The notes beneath the pieces are model-generated. The model saw only the letters and a program-made list of their open reading frames with translations, made no database searches and was not told the origin of the DNA. Positions 49,682 through 60,292 of a stretch of DNA of 64,000 bases are shown piece by piece. Position numbers and translations under genes: made by a program. The DNA comes from Oceanospirillaceae bacterium (GTDB lineage: Bacteria; Pseudomonadota; Gammaproteobacteria; Pseudomonadales; Balneatricaceae): positions 13,523 to 77,522 of the forward strand of contig DPHB01000024.1 of the NCBI GenBank assembly GCA_003521845.1, written 5' to 3'. Each line of letters starts with the position of its first letter. Within the stretch, counting starts at the first letter, position 1.

Positions 49682-50656
49682 TTAGTCGTTGCGGCCTCGC
49701 TGTAGCAAGTTAAACACCTTTTTACCGACATCTGCACCTAGCCCTACGGCGGTTTCTGCGACGGTGCCAACTATCTGCCCCACCTGCCCCGCCTGGTTTG
49801 CTACTTGGTTGGCCGCTTGGCTAGCCGTATGACCTACATTCTCAGTGATGCTTTGCGCGGTTTGTCTAAGGCTATCTAAACTCTTGTGCATCAAGTTATC
49901 ACGCTCTACTTGATCAAAGGTATCACTGACCTGCTGTAACAACTGTTGCTGTGCTACTTGTATATCGCCTTCCACACGGGCCACGCTATGCAGGAAGCCC
50001 ATAAACTCATCGGCCATGGCGCGATAATTACAATCGGGGTTTTGCTTTTGATAGTAGGCCAATTGCTGCACCAGCTGCTGTGTTTCTAAAGCAACCAAGC
50101 TCACTTCCAATACGGCCGAAGCGTGTTTAACAAACACCGGGTCATAGCCCCATTCATCCTGCATATAGTTAGCAATCAATTGTTGCTGGTTTGAGCTAAC
50201 TTCGCCGTTAGTTTGAGCGGATTCTAGTGCCACCTTTAAAGCGAGGGGCACCATCAATTCAAATAAACGAATCGCCAACACATCCAAGGGCGTATTAATA
50301 AATTTGGGAATCACCTCTACGCGCTTATCAGTTTCGGCACGAAATACCTTGCTCAGTGCGTACCAAGCGCCACCACCCAAAACACTCGCGGCAATCACCC
50401 ACCCTAGCGGCGTACTAGCGCCACCAAATACAGCCAACAAACCACCCTTGGCAAATAGCGCATTGGCTACTACCGATGATTTGGCTGCAGCGCCTGCGGA
50501 GCCAGCCGCGCCCAATACATCCCAAGCTTTTCCTAAGTGTTTTTGCAGGCGCATGCTAGCAAAAGCGTCATCGCCAATGGCCAGTTTGTGTTTAAAAGTT
50601 AGCGGGTGGGCAATAACCTGCTCCACGCCGATAAATATCATATCTTTGGATGTCAT
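49682..50656 (-). CDS. Hypothetical protein with Gly/Ala-rich membrane hairpin
   Basis: 324-aa ORF; TPLGWVIAA..GGG and VIPKFINTPLD; helical Gln-rich C-terminus. Confidence 0.7.
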   Translation of the reverse strand: MTSKDMIFIGVEQVIAHPLTFKHKLAIGDDAFASMRLQKHLGKAWDVLGAAGSAGAAAKSSVVANALFAKGGLLAVFGGASTPLGWVIAASVLGGGAWYALSKVFRAETDKRVEVIPKFINTPLDVLAIRLFELMVPLALKVALESAQTNGEVSSNQQQLIANYMQDEWGYDPVFVKHASAVLEVSLVALETQQLVQQLAYYQKQNPDCNYRAMADEFMGFLHSVARVEGDIQVAQQQLLQQVSDTFDQVERDNLMHKSLDSLRQTAQSITENVGHTASQAANQVANQAGQVGQIVGTVAETAVGLGADVGKKVFNLLQRGRND

Positions 50657-50884
50657 AAATAGTTTTGTCTAGCGGCCTAAATTACACTCACTCTAGCATG
50701 GACACCTATACCTATAAAGCGGTTCCCAGAGGCTTTACGCTTATGTTACATTGGCGCCATGCAACACCTAATTCTTTGGGCACATTTTGCCTCCACTACT
50801 GCTGCTTGGCAGGATTTTTTTCAGGGTGAGGACGCCGATCCAGACCCTGCATCTTTGTATACATAATATTTGTACATTTATATT

Positions 50885-50939
50885 GTAGGTCGGGTTTTAA
50901 CCCGACAAATCATACGTGTCGGACTAAAGTCCGACCCAC
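50885..50939. repeat. GTAG-type REP doublet
   Basis: GTAGGTCGGGTTTTAACCCGACA...TGTCGGACTAAAGTCCGACCCAC. Confidence 0.85.
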
Positions 50940-50957
50940 AAATACCCGAGGTAAGCC

Positions 50958-52265
50958 ATGCTAGGCTTAAAGAAACCCACGGACACCCGTGAACACACGC
51001 AATCTTATTATGCGGCGACGGCTAACAATGCTACCCGCTATGCCGAACTAAAAGGCACCATAAACACCGACATCGCCGTCATTGGCGGTGGTTTTAGTGG
51101 TGTTAATACTGCTCTAGAACTGGCTGAAAGAGGCTATAAAGTTGTGCTCTTAGAAGCCAACCGCATCGGCTGGGGCGCTACCGGCCGCAATGGCGGACAA
51201 GTCATCGGCGGTATTGGCCATGGCCATGAACGCTTCAAAAAACACATTGGCGAAACTGGTATTAAAGCCCTTTATGACATGGGCAACGAATGTGTCGACA
51301 TAGTCCAGCAACGCGTAGAGCAATATAAGATAGATTGCGACCTTACCATGGGATACATGGATGTGGCCCTAAAGCCCAGCCACATGCGTGACTTTGAGGA
51401 AGAAAAACAGCACATGGAAGCCATGGGCTATGCCCACCATCAAGAACTATTAAACGCTGATCAAGTACGTGAAGAAGTGGGTTCCAATATCTATATCGGT
51501 GGCCTGCTTAATCGCACCGGTTACGGCCATTGCCATGTACTTAACTTGTGTCTAGGCGAAGCGGCGGCAGCGGCTTCTTTGGGTGTACAGGTTTATGAGC
51601 AATCCCGAGTCACCAAGCTACTGCAAGGTGATAAGCCTGTGGTTTACACGCAGCATGGACAGGTCAACGCTCAGCATCTAGTGCTGTGCGGCAATGCCTA
51701 TTTGGGAAATTTAGTGCCCAAAATAAATCGCCGCATACTGCCTGCCAACAGCTCAGTGGTGACTACCAAACCCCTTAGCCAAGATATGCTCAACAACCTC
51801 ATACCCAACAACCGCGCCATTTGCGACCCGCGTACCGCCCTAGACTATTATCGCCTCACGGCCGATGGGCGCTTATTATTCGGCGGGCTATCCAATTACA
51901 CAGGCCGCGAACCCAGTGATTTATTTGCTGTAATGCAACACAAAATCACCAAGGTATTCCCACAATTACAGGGCGTAGAGTTAGAACATGGTTGGAGCGG
52001 ACAAATGGGCATTGGCATGAACCGCATGCCACAGTTGGGTCGTCTCAAGGGCAATGTGTATTATGCTCAAGCCTACGCAGGGCACGGCGTAGCGCCCACC
52101 CATATCATGGGGCGCATCATTGCTGACATGATTGCCGGCCAAGCCGAACGTTTTGATATCTTTGCCAAGATACCCCACTATCCCTTCCCTGGTGGGCCAC
52201 TATTGCGCACGCCGAGTTTTGCTTTGGCCATGATGTATTACAAATTGAAGGATGAATTGTTTTAA
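50958..52265 (+). CDS. FAD-dependent oxidoreductase, gamma-glutamylputrescine oxidase (PuuB/OrdL)-like
   Basis: SYYAATA, IGGGFSG, GATGRNGGQ, LDYYRL and AYAGHGV motifs. Confidence 0.85.
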   Translation: MLGLKKPTDTREHTQSYYAATANNATRYAELKGTINTDIAVIGGGFSGVNTALELAERGYKVVLLEANRIGWGATGRNGGQVIGGIGHGHERFKKHIGETGIKALYDMGNECVDIVQQRVEQYKIDCDLTMGYMDVALKPSHMRDFEEEKQHMEAMGYAHHQELLNADQVREEVGSNIYIGGLLNRTGYGHCHVLNLCLGEAAAAASLGVQVYEQSRVTKLLQGDKPVVYTQHGQVNAQHLVLCGNAYLGNLVPKINRRILPANSSVVTTKPLSQDMLNNLIPNNRAICDPRTALDYYRLTADGRLLFGGLSNYTGREPSDLFAVMQHKITKVFPQLQGVELEHGWSGQMGIGMNRMPQLGRLKGNVYYAQAYAGHGVAPTHIMGRIIADMIAGQAERFDIFAKIPHYPFPGGPLLRTPSFALAMMYYKLKDELF

Positions 52266-52401
52266 AAACCTCACCCACTGACAAGTAAACTTATATTGAC
52301 TTATCACATGCAATAGAGTTTTATATTAAATAATCCACTTATGCGTAATTTTATATCTAATTATGTAAAAATTAATATTATTTATATCAATAAACTTGCC
52401 C

Positions 52402-53910
52402 ATGTTCGGAAAGAGGGAAATAGTGCCTAATTTAATATTCCCCCAAAATAATGCTGACTCTAATCGGTTGAGTAAACTCGTTGCTAAAGGCCAATTAAAA
52501 CGTATACGCCAAGGTATCTATGCGGATGCGGATTGGAATGAGATCCCTCGCCTTCTCGAAAACAACTGGCATCAAATAGTTACCTATCTTTATCCCAGTG
52601 CTATTGCCTCTCATGCCACAGCTATCTTACTAAAACCACAAAACCGTGTTGTACACATTACAGCAGATGTGAAAATTCGCAAGAAAGTAGCCATTAGTGA
52701 TGCCCTAATTATCGAAGTGCATCCAGGTGATACTCAGCAATTAACACAACCTTTCACACCCACTTTATGCAAAAGCGCGCCCGCTAGATATCTATTAGAA
52801 AACCTACAAACCGCTCATAAGGATGTTGCTGCTCCTAAAGCATTGGGCCGTAAACGCGTAGAGCAAGAGCTATGTAATATACTGGCACGTTACGGTGAAG
52901 ATGAATTAAATCAGATCCGCGATGACGCTAAAGACTACAGTCATGCAGTTGGGCTTAGCAAAGAATTTGAAAAATTGGATAGCCTCATCGGCGCCCTACA
53001 ATCAACACATTCGATGAGTGAACTAACCACACCTAGAGCCCTAGCAATTTCCAAAAAAGAACCATTTGATGAACATCGAATATCTCTGTTTGAAACTTTC
53101 TTTCAATACTTAAATCAATGCCATTTACCTAACACGAGCTACACTTACAACAAAGCTGACTGGCGTAATCTAGCGTTTTATGAGAGTTATTTTTCAAACT
53201 ACATAGAGGGCACTGAGTTTGAAATAGATGAAGCTGAAGAAATTGTCTTTGCAAGAAAAGAGGTGAAAAACCGCCATCAAGATAGTCACGATGTGTTATC
53301 TATATTTGACCTAGTTCAGGATTATACAGAGATGGCGACGGTACCCAATTCAGCGGCAGAACTGTTACAACTCCTACAACAACGACATGGCCTCATCATG
53401 CATGCAAGACCGGATAAGCGGCCGGGTGAGTTTAAAATAAAAGCGAACAAGGCTGGAGATACACTATTTGTTCTACCAGAAAATATTGAAGGCACTCTGA
53501 CACAGGCATTCCCGCTTTATCAAACTCTTTCTGCTGGCATAGCGAGAGCCCTATTTATGCAATTTTTGATTGCCGAAACCCATCCCTTTGATGATGGCAA
53601 CGGACGCCTAGCCAGAATCATGATGAATGCAGAGCTAGTGGCTGCTGAGCAACATAAAATCATTGTGCCTACAGTGCATAGGGACAGCTATGTAAACGGT
53701 TTAAGACAAGCCACTCGCTCTGGGCGTTTTCGTACTATAACCAAAGTGTTTACAGATTTGCAGGCCTATACCAGCAGTATTCCATGGCAAGACTATGGTG
53801 AAGCTAAAGCCACACTAGAATCACAATATGCCAATAGGTTGCCAGACGAAGGGGTCGCCGTTTTCAATAGGCATATTGCTAAATACAATATTCCATTGCC
53901 ACCAGGTTAA
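52402..53910 (+). CDS. Fic-domain protein with N-terminal HTH-like region
   Basis: HPFDDGNGRLAR catalytic motif and SNYIEG inhibitory motif; start could be GTG 52423. Confidence 0.9.
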   Translation: MFGKREIVPNLIFPQNNADSNRLSKLVAKGQLKRIRQGIYADADWNEIPRLLENNWHQIVTYLYPSAIASHATAILLKPQNRVVHITADVKIRKKVAISDALIIEVHPGDTQQLTQPFTPTLCKSAPARYLLENLQTAHKDVAAPKALGRKRVEQELCNILARYGEDELNQIRDDAKDYSHAVGLSKEFEKLDSLIGALQSTHSMSELTTPRALAISKKEPFDEHRISLFETFFQYLNQCHLPNTSYTYNKADWRNLAFYESYFSNYIEGTEFEIDEAEEIVFARKEVKNRHQDSHDVLSIFDLVQDYTEMATVPNSAAELLQLLQQRHGLIMHARPDKRPGEFKIKANKAGDTLFVLPENIEGTLTQAFPLYQTLSAGIARALFMQFLIAETHPFDDGNGRLARIMMNAELVAAEQHKIIVPTVHRDSYVNGLRQATRSGRFRTITKVFTDLQAYTSSIPWQDYGEAKATLESQYANRLPDEGVAVFNRHIAKYNIPLPPG

Positions 53911-53957
53911 ATACCAACTTACACTATTACCATCACACTAGTTAATGGATACTGACC

Positions 53958-54623
53958 ATGAGCAACTCACCGAACTACCTTTTTGCCGCCAAAGACAAGC
54001 CTAGCTTGCCGATTCGCCAAGTACCTTTGCTTATTGCCAACGAGGAAAATCTAAAGGGTTATGGTTTTCTGGTGGATGATCCTGACCATTGTGAAGTAGA
54101 AATTGTCACCTGGCCGGCCCAAGGTTGGCGCCCGATAGATGCAGGTACGGGCAACGAAGGCGGTACTATAGAAGGCATATTCCATTGCCATTGGGACGGT
54201 GATGTCCTTATGGGCCGCAACGATGCCGTTTCCGGTCATTATGTATTAGGCTGGAGTCAAGATCCTCAACAAGCGCAAACTCAAACGCCTTCGGCGCCTC
54301 GGGAACAAGTGTTGTTATGGCATATGAACTACCATCCCGATGGTGGACAAATGTTCTTCCCGCAACAAAATAAACCCTTTGTTGTGCCTTTAGCATTACC
54401 CGGAGATGACCTGCAGCCTGAACAAATCGTGGCCTTTTGGTGTGATGGTAGCCAAGGCTTGTATATTCATCCTAATATTTGGCACGAAGGTATTTTCCCT
54501 TGCCTTGATGAACAGTCCTTTCGCGACCGTCAGGGTAAGGTTCACGGCCGCGTCAGTTGCGACCTAGGCCAAGAATTCGGCTGCTATCTTGGTGTGCCCT
54601 TGCCTACAGAGCAACCCTATTAG
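53958..54623 (+). CDS. Ureidoglycolate lyase-like cupin
   Basis: NYHPDGGQMFFP and IHPNIWH resemble AllA-type HP..Q.F.P / WH motifs. Confidence 0.65.
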   Translation: MSNSPNYLFAAKDKPSLPIRQVPLLIANEENLKGYGFLVDDPDHCEVEIVTWPAQGWRPIDAGTGNEGGTIEGIFHCHWDGDVLMGRNDAVSGHYVLGWSQDPQQAQTQTPSAPREQVLLWHMNYHPDGGQMFFPQQNKPFVVPLALPGDDLQPEQIVAFWCDGSQGLYIHPNIWHEGIFPCLDEQSFRDRQGKVHGRVSCDLGQEFGCYLGVPLPTEQPY

Positions 54624-54654
54624 TTCTCATAAACAAACTTAACTGAGGTTAATC

Positions 54655-55254
54655 ATGGCCGATCAGCAAACGCTAGATGTGTATAACGCCAAAGCAGCAG
54701 AGTACGCCAACCTGCCAGAATCTGGCGTGCATCACACGATTAAACGATTTGCAGAACATCTCACTCGTGGTACAAAACTCTTAGATTTAGGCTGTGGCCA
54801 TGGTGTTAACAGTGCCTATTTTCGAGATCTAGGGTTTGCAGTGGAAGCATGGGATGCTTCCACTGCTATGCAAAAAATTGCCAAACAAGAGTTTGATATA
54901 GACGTTGTTCTGAAAACCTTTGACGAGCTACAATGTTCACCAACCTACGGGGCCATATGCGCCAACTACAGTTTGCTACATGCCAATCCCGAGCAGTTAC
55001 CCGTCTATCTCACAGCCATCGCTAATGCGTTAATACCGGGTGGTCTTTTGCACCTAGGCATGAAATTAGGCACGGGGACAGAACGTGACAGTATAGGCCG
55101 CTTTTACGCTTATTATGCGGAACAACAATTATTAGACTGGCTGAGTGAGCGAGGTTTAGAAATTGAGTTCAGCCATCAAAGCGTGTTTGCAGGACTAGCA
55201 GGCAACCCCAAAACTGGCATTGCCATTCACGCTAGAAAAGCACCTGCTCCATAA
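54655..55254 (+). CDS. Class I SAM-dependent methyltransferase
   Basis: LLDLGCGHG and ANYSLLH motifs. Confidence 0.9.
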   Translation: MADQQTLDVYNAKAAEYANLPESGVHHTIKRFAEHLTRGTKLLDLGCGHGVNSAYFRDLGFAVEAWDASTAMQKIAKQEFDIDVVLKTFDELQCSPTYGAICANYSLLHANPEQLPVYLTAIANALIPGGLLHLGMKLGTGTERDSIGRFYAYYAEQQLLDWLSERGLEIEFSHQSVFAGLAGNPKTGIAIHARKAPAP

Positions 55255-55279
55255 CCCAACAACCGCTTAAGAGAACACC

Positions 55280-56332
55280 ATGACAACAGCCAGAGTGCCA
55301 AGATTACATGGCTTAGATTTAGCCCGCTACCTCGCCTTTATTGGCATGGTCATCGTCAATTTCAGTGTCGTAATGGGTGCTGAAGACAGCCCTGGTTTTG
55401 TTGGCGCTTTGGTAAGTTCCTTTCAGGGACGGGCGGCGGCTACCTTTGTGGTGCTAGCTGGCGTGGGTTTGGGTCTCTCTATCAACAAAGGTAGCTTTGA
55501 GGGGGCATTACTACTAACCAGCAAACGCGCTTTGTTTTTATTCATAGTCGGCCTAATTAATATGTTGGTGTTCCCAGCTGACATACTGCATTACTATGCC
55601 TTCTACTTCTTCTTTGGCATCCTGCTAACGCGCTATAGTAGCGGCTTGCTTTGGTGCATCATTCTGGCCCTCAATATAGCCAGCCTTGTGCTAATTATGA
55701 CTCTGGACTTTGAACAGGGCTGGAACTTTGCAACCCTCGACTATTTGGACTTTTGGCAGCCAGCAGGCTTTGTCAGAAACCTCTTCTTCAATGGTTGGCA
55801 CCCTGTTATACCCTGGCTGGGCTTTTTTCTGTTTGGCCTTATCCTTAGTCGTATGAGTCTCTCTAATAAAACCACTCAAGTACGCCTACTCTTAGGAGGA
55901 AGCTTAGTATTTGTCGTGGTCGAACTAAGCAGCCAACAGTTAAAACAAATCCTCGCAGACAACGAAGCTTTGACCATTCTAGTAGCTACTGATGCCATGC
56001 CAGCTATGCCCCTCTACACAATCGCCGGTATGAGCATGGCCTGCATTGTCATAAGCCTGTGTTTAATGCTGGGAGAACGCCTAGCAGCTAGCCAACTACT
56101 ACGCCGCTTAAGTGCGCCTGGTAAACAAACCCTCACCCTGTATATCGCACACATCCTAATAGGCATGGGCATCTTAGATACAATGGGGATGTTGGCTGAA
56201 CAACAAACTCCAACCACCGCCCTGACATCTGCCTTACTATTCAGTATTGCTTGTTTAATTTATGCTAACCTATGGCAAGCTAAATTCTCTCGCGGACCTC
56301 TTGAAGGGCTGATGCGAAAACTCACTGGATAA
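55280..56332 (+). CDS. DUF418-family membrane protein
   Basis: RLHGLDLAR, DILHYY, LTLYIAH and RGPLE motifs. Confidence 0.85.
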   Translation: MTTARVPRLHGLDLARYLAFIGMVIVNFSVVMGAEDSPGFVGALVSSFQGRAAATFVVLAGVGLGLSINKGSFEGALLLTSKRALFLFIVGLINMLVFPADILHYYAFYFFFGILLTRYSSGLLWCIILALNIASLVLIMTLDFEQGWNFATLDYLDFWQPAGFVRNLFFNGWHPVIPWLGFFLFGLILSRMSLSNKTTQVRLLLGGSLVFVVVELSSQQLKQILADNEALTILVATDAMPAMPLYTIAGMSMACIVISLCLMLGERLAASQLLRRLSAPGKQTLTLYIAHILIGMGILDTMGMLAEQQTPTTALTSALLFSIACLIYANLWQAKFSRGPLEGLMRKLTG

Positions 56333-56337
56333 GTATT

Positions 56338-56961
56338 ATGGTTACAACTACAAAAACCAAGCTATATTATTTTCATGATCCTATGTGTAGTTGGTGCTGG
56401 GCTTTTCGCCCCGTGTGGCAACGCCTCATGGCATCCTTACCGGATCACATTAGCGTGGAATATGTAGAAGGTGGCTTGGCAGCCGACTCAGATGTAGCTA
56501 TGTCCAAAGCCATGCAGGAATCTATCCAGACTATTTGGCGGCAAATAGAACGACAAGTGCCTGGCACCGAATTTAATTATGAATTTTGGCAGCTATGCCA
56601 ACCGAGGCGCTCTACCTATCCCGCCTGCCGAGCACTAATCGCAGCAGACAAATTGGGCTACTACGAACAGATGCTCATGGCCATTCAGGAAGCCTACTAC
56701 CTACATGCACAAAACCCTTCCAATGATGAGACTTTGGTAAACTTGGCGGTGATGGAGGGTATGGAAGAAGACAACTTTCGTCAGTTCTTACATAGTCCTG
56801 AGACCGACAGACAACTACAAAAAAACCTCTCTTTATGCCACGAATATGGCGTGCAAGGATTCCCTAGTTTGATTTTAAAGAGAGGCAATAGTAGCGTACA
56901 AATCCCAGTGGATTATCGCTCTGAACAGCCCACGCTAATGGCGATTAAACAGCTAAGTTAA
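56338..56961 (+). CDS. DsbA-family (DSBA-like thioredoxin) protein
   Basis: DPMCSWCW and GVQGFPSL motifs. Confidence 0.88.
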   Translation: MVTTTKTKLYYFHDPMCSWCWAFRPVWQRLMASLPDHISVEYVEGGLAADSDVAMSKAMQESIQTIWRQIERQVPGTEFNYEFWQLCQPRRSTYPACRALIAADKLGYYEQMLMAIQEAYYLHAQNPSNDETLVNLAVMEGMEEDNFRQFLHSPETDRQLQKNLSLCHEYGVQGFPSLILKRGNSSVQIPVDYRSEQPTLMAIKQLS

Positions 56962-57052
56962 CATGTGGAGTAAGGCCACAGGTCTGACCCTTTACCTAAA
57001 AACCCTACCAGCGAGCTACGCCCCCAACCTCGAAGCGGCAGGCAGATCTCTG

Positions 57053-58462
57053 TCACTGACGAAGGTGGGTAATTTTTAATGACCTTTGATGAGCTTGGAA
57101 TGTATCGTCATCTGAGCATAAAAGCTGATCTTTTTCGGCTCTTTTCATGAGTCGTTCAGCCAAAATAAAGGAGACAATGGCAACCACTATACCACCTGCC
57201 ATTTGTCCTATTAATACTCCCTCAGCTCCCCAATATTGCGCACCAAAATACACAAAGGGAACAATACCTAAGGTGTTACGTCCCCAGTTCACCCACGTTG
57301 AATAGAAAGGATGCCCTAGGTTGTTGTAAGCGGCATTGCCTATAAAGATCACACCGTTAAATATCCAAGCTAACGATAAGGGTCCACAAAACAAATATAT
57401 AAGGTCGCGAGCCAAGCCTGTGGCATCGAATAAATCAGCAATGGTACCGCGCAACAGGTACAAGACAACCACCACAGGAATAACGTAAGCCACAATAAGC
57501 AGCATGCTACTGTTAAATGCTTGCTTTACCCGGCCATGCTGGGCGGCACCAAAATTTTGCCCAATAATCGGCCCAATAGCTCCCGACATGGCGAAAATCA
57601 AAGCAAAGGCAATGGGTGTAAGCCGGCCAATAATGGCCATACCGGCAACCGCCGATTCGCCAAACTCTGACACCACTTTAATGACATAGCCCCCACCTAT
57701 AGGAGCGGCTACGTTAGCCAGCATAGCGGGAACGGCAATAGCGGCAATCGGTTTTAGGTCTTGCTTCATGGCCCGCAGAGACAAACGAGCAAAGCCGTTA
57801 TAGCGGCGCACAATATACCAAACAGCTAACATGGCCATTGAAATGCGGGACAATACCGAAGCCCATGCGGCACCATCCAAGCCTAAATTAAAAGTAAATA
57901 TAAAAATGGGATCGAGAATAATATTTACCAAGCCAGCTACCAGCGTCACCGTCATCGATAATTGCGCTGCCCCATGACTACGTAATGCTGCGGAGGCCAC
58001 GATACCGACCAGTAGGATGGGCATGCTTGGTATGAGTATTTCCAGGTAGGAGACGGCCAGTTCTTGTGTATTGCCCTTGGCGCCTATTAGCGCGGTTAAA
58101 GCATGCAGATTGGTATAGATGAGGCTGGCAAAGATCACCGAAAATACCAACCCAACAATGAGTACGTGGGTGAGAAGTTGGGTAGCGAGTTGCGGTTTAT
58201 TTTGCCCCAGTGACTTAGCCACCATAGCTCCACCCGCAATCGCCATACCGATACTAATTGACGTGGTCATGAATAAGATGGTGCCAGCAAAACCGATGGC
58301 TGCCGCTAATTCATCCACTCCCAACATGGAAATAAACAACATGTCGACTAGGTCGACGGCAAATAACGCAACAAAACCAATAGCCGATGTCAGTGACATG
58401 GTGATAATGTGATGCGTTAAATTACCTGTGAGAAATTTAGCTTGTGTAGGCATTTCGCCCAT
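57053..58462 (-). CDS. MATE-family efflux transporter
   Basis: DLVDMLF, NIILDPIFIF..LGLDGAA and IGQNFGA motifs. Confidence 0.92.
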   Translation of the reverse strand: MGEMPTQAKFLTGNLTHHIITMSLTSAIGFVALFAVDLVDMLFISMLGVDELAAAIGFAGTILFMTTSISIGMAIAGGAMVAKSLGQNKPQLATQLLTHVLIVGLVFSVIFASLIYTNLHALTALIGAKGNTQELAVSYLEILIPSMPILLVGIVASAALRSHGAAQLSMTVTLVAGLVNIILDPIFIFTFNLGLDGAAWASVLSRISMAMLAVWYIVRRYNGFARLSLRAMKQDLKPIAAIAVPAMLANVAAPIGGGYVIKVVSEFGESAVAGMAIIGRLTPIAFALIFAMSGAIGPIIGQNFGAAQHGRVKQAFNSSMLLIVAYVIPVVVVLYLLRGTIADLFDATGLARDLIYLFCGPLSLAWIFNGVIFIGNAAYNNLGHPFYSTWVNWGRNTLGIVPFVYFGAQYWGAEGVLIGQMAGGIVVAIVSFILAERLMKRAEKDQLLCSDDDTFQAHQRSLKITHLRQ

Positions 58463-58572
58463 GGTTTTTTGCCTTTATTGCGCCGTTACTAGTATACCTT
58501 GAAAGGCAGCGTTAACAGGGATAGCCATGTATGCAACTATAGTTGATTGGCAAGGTTTTGCTTGTTTCGAGC

Positions 58573-58624
58573 AAAAAAAGCCGCTCCGCACACCTTATGT
58601 TGGTGGCGATTGAGCAGCTTCTTT
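58573..58624 (-). terminator. Possible intrinsic terminator after mmsA
   Basis: Imperfect stem AAGCCGCTC...GAGCAGCTT with an A-run on + (U-run on -). Confidence 0.45.
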
Positions 58625-58631
58625 AATATGC

Positions 58632-58654
58632 GGGGTCAGACCTCAGGTCTGACC
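58632..58654. repeat. GGGGTCAGA-family short palindrome
   Basis: GGGGTCAGACCTCAGGTCTGACC; a half copy AGGTCTGACCC lies at 56980-56990. Confidence 0.8.
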
Positions 58655-58666
58655 TAATCTATAATA

Positions 58667-60166
58667 CTACTTCATAGAAATAGTTGTATTCACACCTTCT
58701 GATACTTCTTCTGGCTCAAACCAACGCACCGAAACCGTGTGCGTTTGGGTCCAGAACTGTACTGCTTGCGAACCGTTAGGGCCTAGGTCACCTAGCTTGG
58801 AAGCACGGGAACCAGTGAAGCTAAAGTAGGCAACAGGCACAGGGATTGGAATATTGATACCGATCTGACCAACGTCAATGTTGTTTTCGAAGTGACGCGC
58901 GTTCCAGCCTGAGTTAGTAAAGATAGACGTACCATTACCATTTGGGTTGGCGTTGATGATATCGATAGCGCTTTGAATGTCGTCGGACTCCATCATACAC
59001 ATCACAGGGCCAAAAATTTCTTGGCTGTATACATCCATGTCGGTAGTAACGTCACTGAAGATAGTGGGTGCCACAAAGTTACCATTGTCATAGCCATCAA
59101 CAACTGGATCACGGCCATCTAGCAACAAGCTTGCGCCCTGCTCAACACCAGACGCAATCAAACCTTGTACACGTTGCTTGGCTTGTGGGGATACTAGTGG
59201 GCCTAGGTCGGCAGCGCGGTTGCTACCAGCATCGATCGTCATGGCCTTGGCCTTTGCTACGATTTCTGGCAACCAGCTCTTCGCTTCGCCAACCAAAATA
59301 GCCACAGAGTTAGCCATACAGCGCTGGCCAGCAGCACCAAAGCAAGAACCCAACAAGTGGTTGATAGCTTGATCTTTGTTGGCATCAGGCATAATTACAC
59401 AGTGGTTCTTAGCACCCATCATGCACTGAGCACGAATACCGGCTTCGCTAGCACGACGGTACAAAGAAGTACCAACGTGAGTAGAACCAATGAAAGATAA
59501 AGCCTTTACATCAGGGTGTGAAGCCAGGTGGTTAGCTACATCAGCACCACCGTGTACCACGTTTAGTACACCAGCAGGCAGGCCAACTTCATAAGCTAGC
59601 TGCGCCAAGAACATAGTAGAAGTAGGATCTTGTTCAGAAGGCTTTAAGACAAAGGTGTTGCCTAAAGCGATAGCAATCGGGAACATGAAGCAAGGCAACA
59701 TGATAGGGAAGTTAAAGGCAGTGATACCTACGCCCACACCTAGTGGCTTGTTAAGGGTATAAACGTTAACGTTACCAGCGACGTTGTCAGCTAGTTCGCC
59801 AAGCTGTAGCTTCGTTACCATGCAGGCGTTTTCAATCGCTTCGATACCACGGCCAACTTCGCCTTCCGCATCAGGTAGAGTCTTACCGTGCTCTAGGGTA
59901 ATCAACTCAGCAATATGCGTTGTGTTTTGACGCACTAGGTGCAAGAAAGCCAATAGAAACTGTTGACGCTTGGCCAAGGAAACCTTGCGCCAGCTAGTGA
60001 AAGCTTGTTTGGCATTAGCAACGGCTTCGTCGACTTCGTCCAAGGTGGCAAAAGGCACCTGAGCAACAACTTCTTGGGTAGCTGGGTTTAATACGTCGAT
60101 CCAAGTGCCACTAGTAGAAAAAACTTCTTGGCCATTGATTAACATGGGGACTTTACGAATGCTCAT
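58667..60166 (-). CDS. mmsA: CoA-acylating methylmalonate-semialdehyde dehydrogenase
   Basis: MMGAKNH, FGAAGQRCMA, EIFGPV and INIPIPVP motifs. Confidence 0.93.
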   Translation of the reverse strand: MSIRKVPMLINGQEVFSTSGTWIDVLNPATQEVVAQVPFATLDEVDEAVANAKQAFTSWRKVSLAKRQQFLLAFLHLVRQNTTHIAELITLEHGKTLPDAEGEVGRGIEAIENACMVTKLQLGELADNVAGNVNVYTLNKPLGVGVGITAFNFPIMLPCFMFPIAIALGNTFVLKPSEQDPTSTMFLAQLAYEVGLPAGVLNVVHGGADVANHLASHPDVKALSFIGSTHVGTSLYRRASEAGIRAQCMMGAKNHCVIMPDANKDQAINHLLGSCFGAAGQRCMANSVAILVGEAKSWLPEIVAKAKAMTIDAGSNRAADLGPLVSPQAKQRVQGLIASGVEQGASLLLDGRDPVVDGYDNGNFVAPTIFSDVTTDMDVYSQEIFGPVMCMMESDDIQSAIDIINANPNGNGTSIFTNSGWNARHFENNIDVGQIGINIPIPVPVAYFSFTGSRASKLGDLGPNGSQAVQFWTQTHTVSVRWFEPEEVSEGVNTTISMK

Positions 60167-60292
60167 GGTCTGCCTCGTTATTTAACTTAACTAAGTACCC
60201 CAATATTGAGGGGCACACAATGGCAGCTACTTTTACACAGTGCAAAGCATTTGGGTATTAGAGAAGTATCTAATATCGGCCGTTTATTAAGC

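Noticed and set aside
50855..50884. AT-rich TGTA..TACA motif upstream of the puuB-like gene as a PuuR site
   Set aside because: The match is too loose and no puuR is in the window
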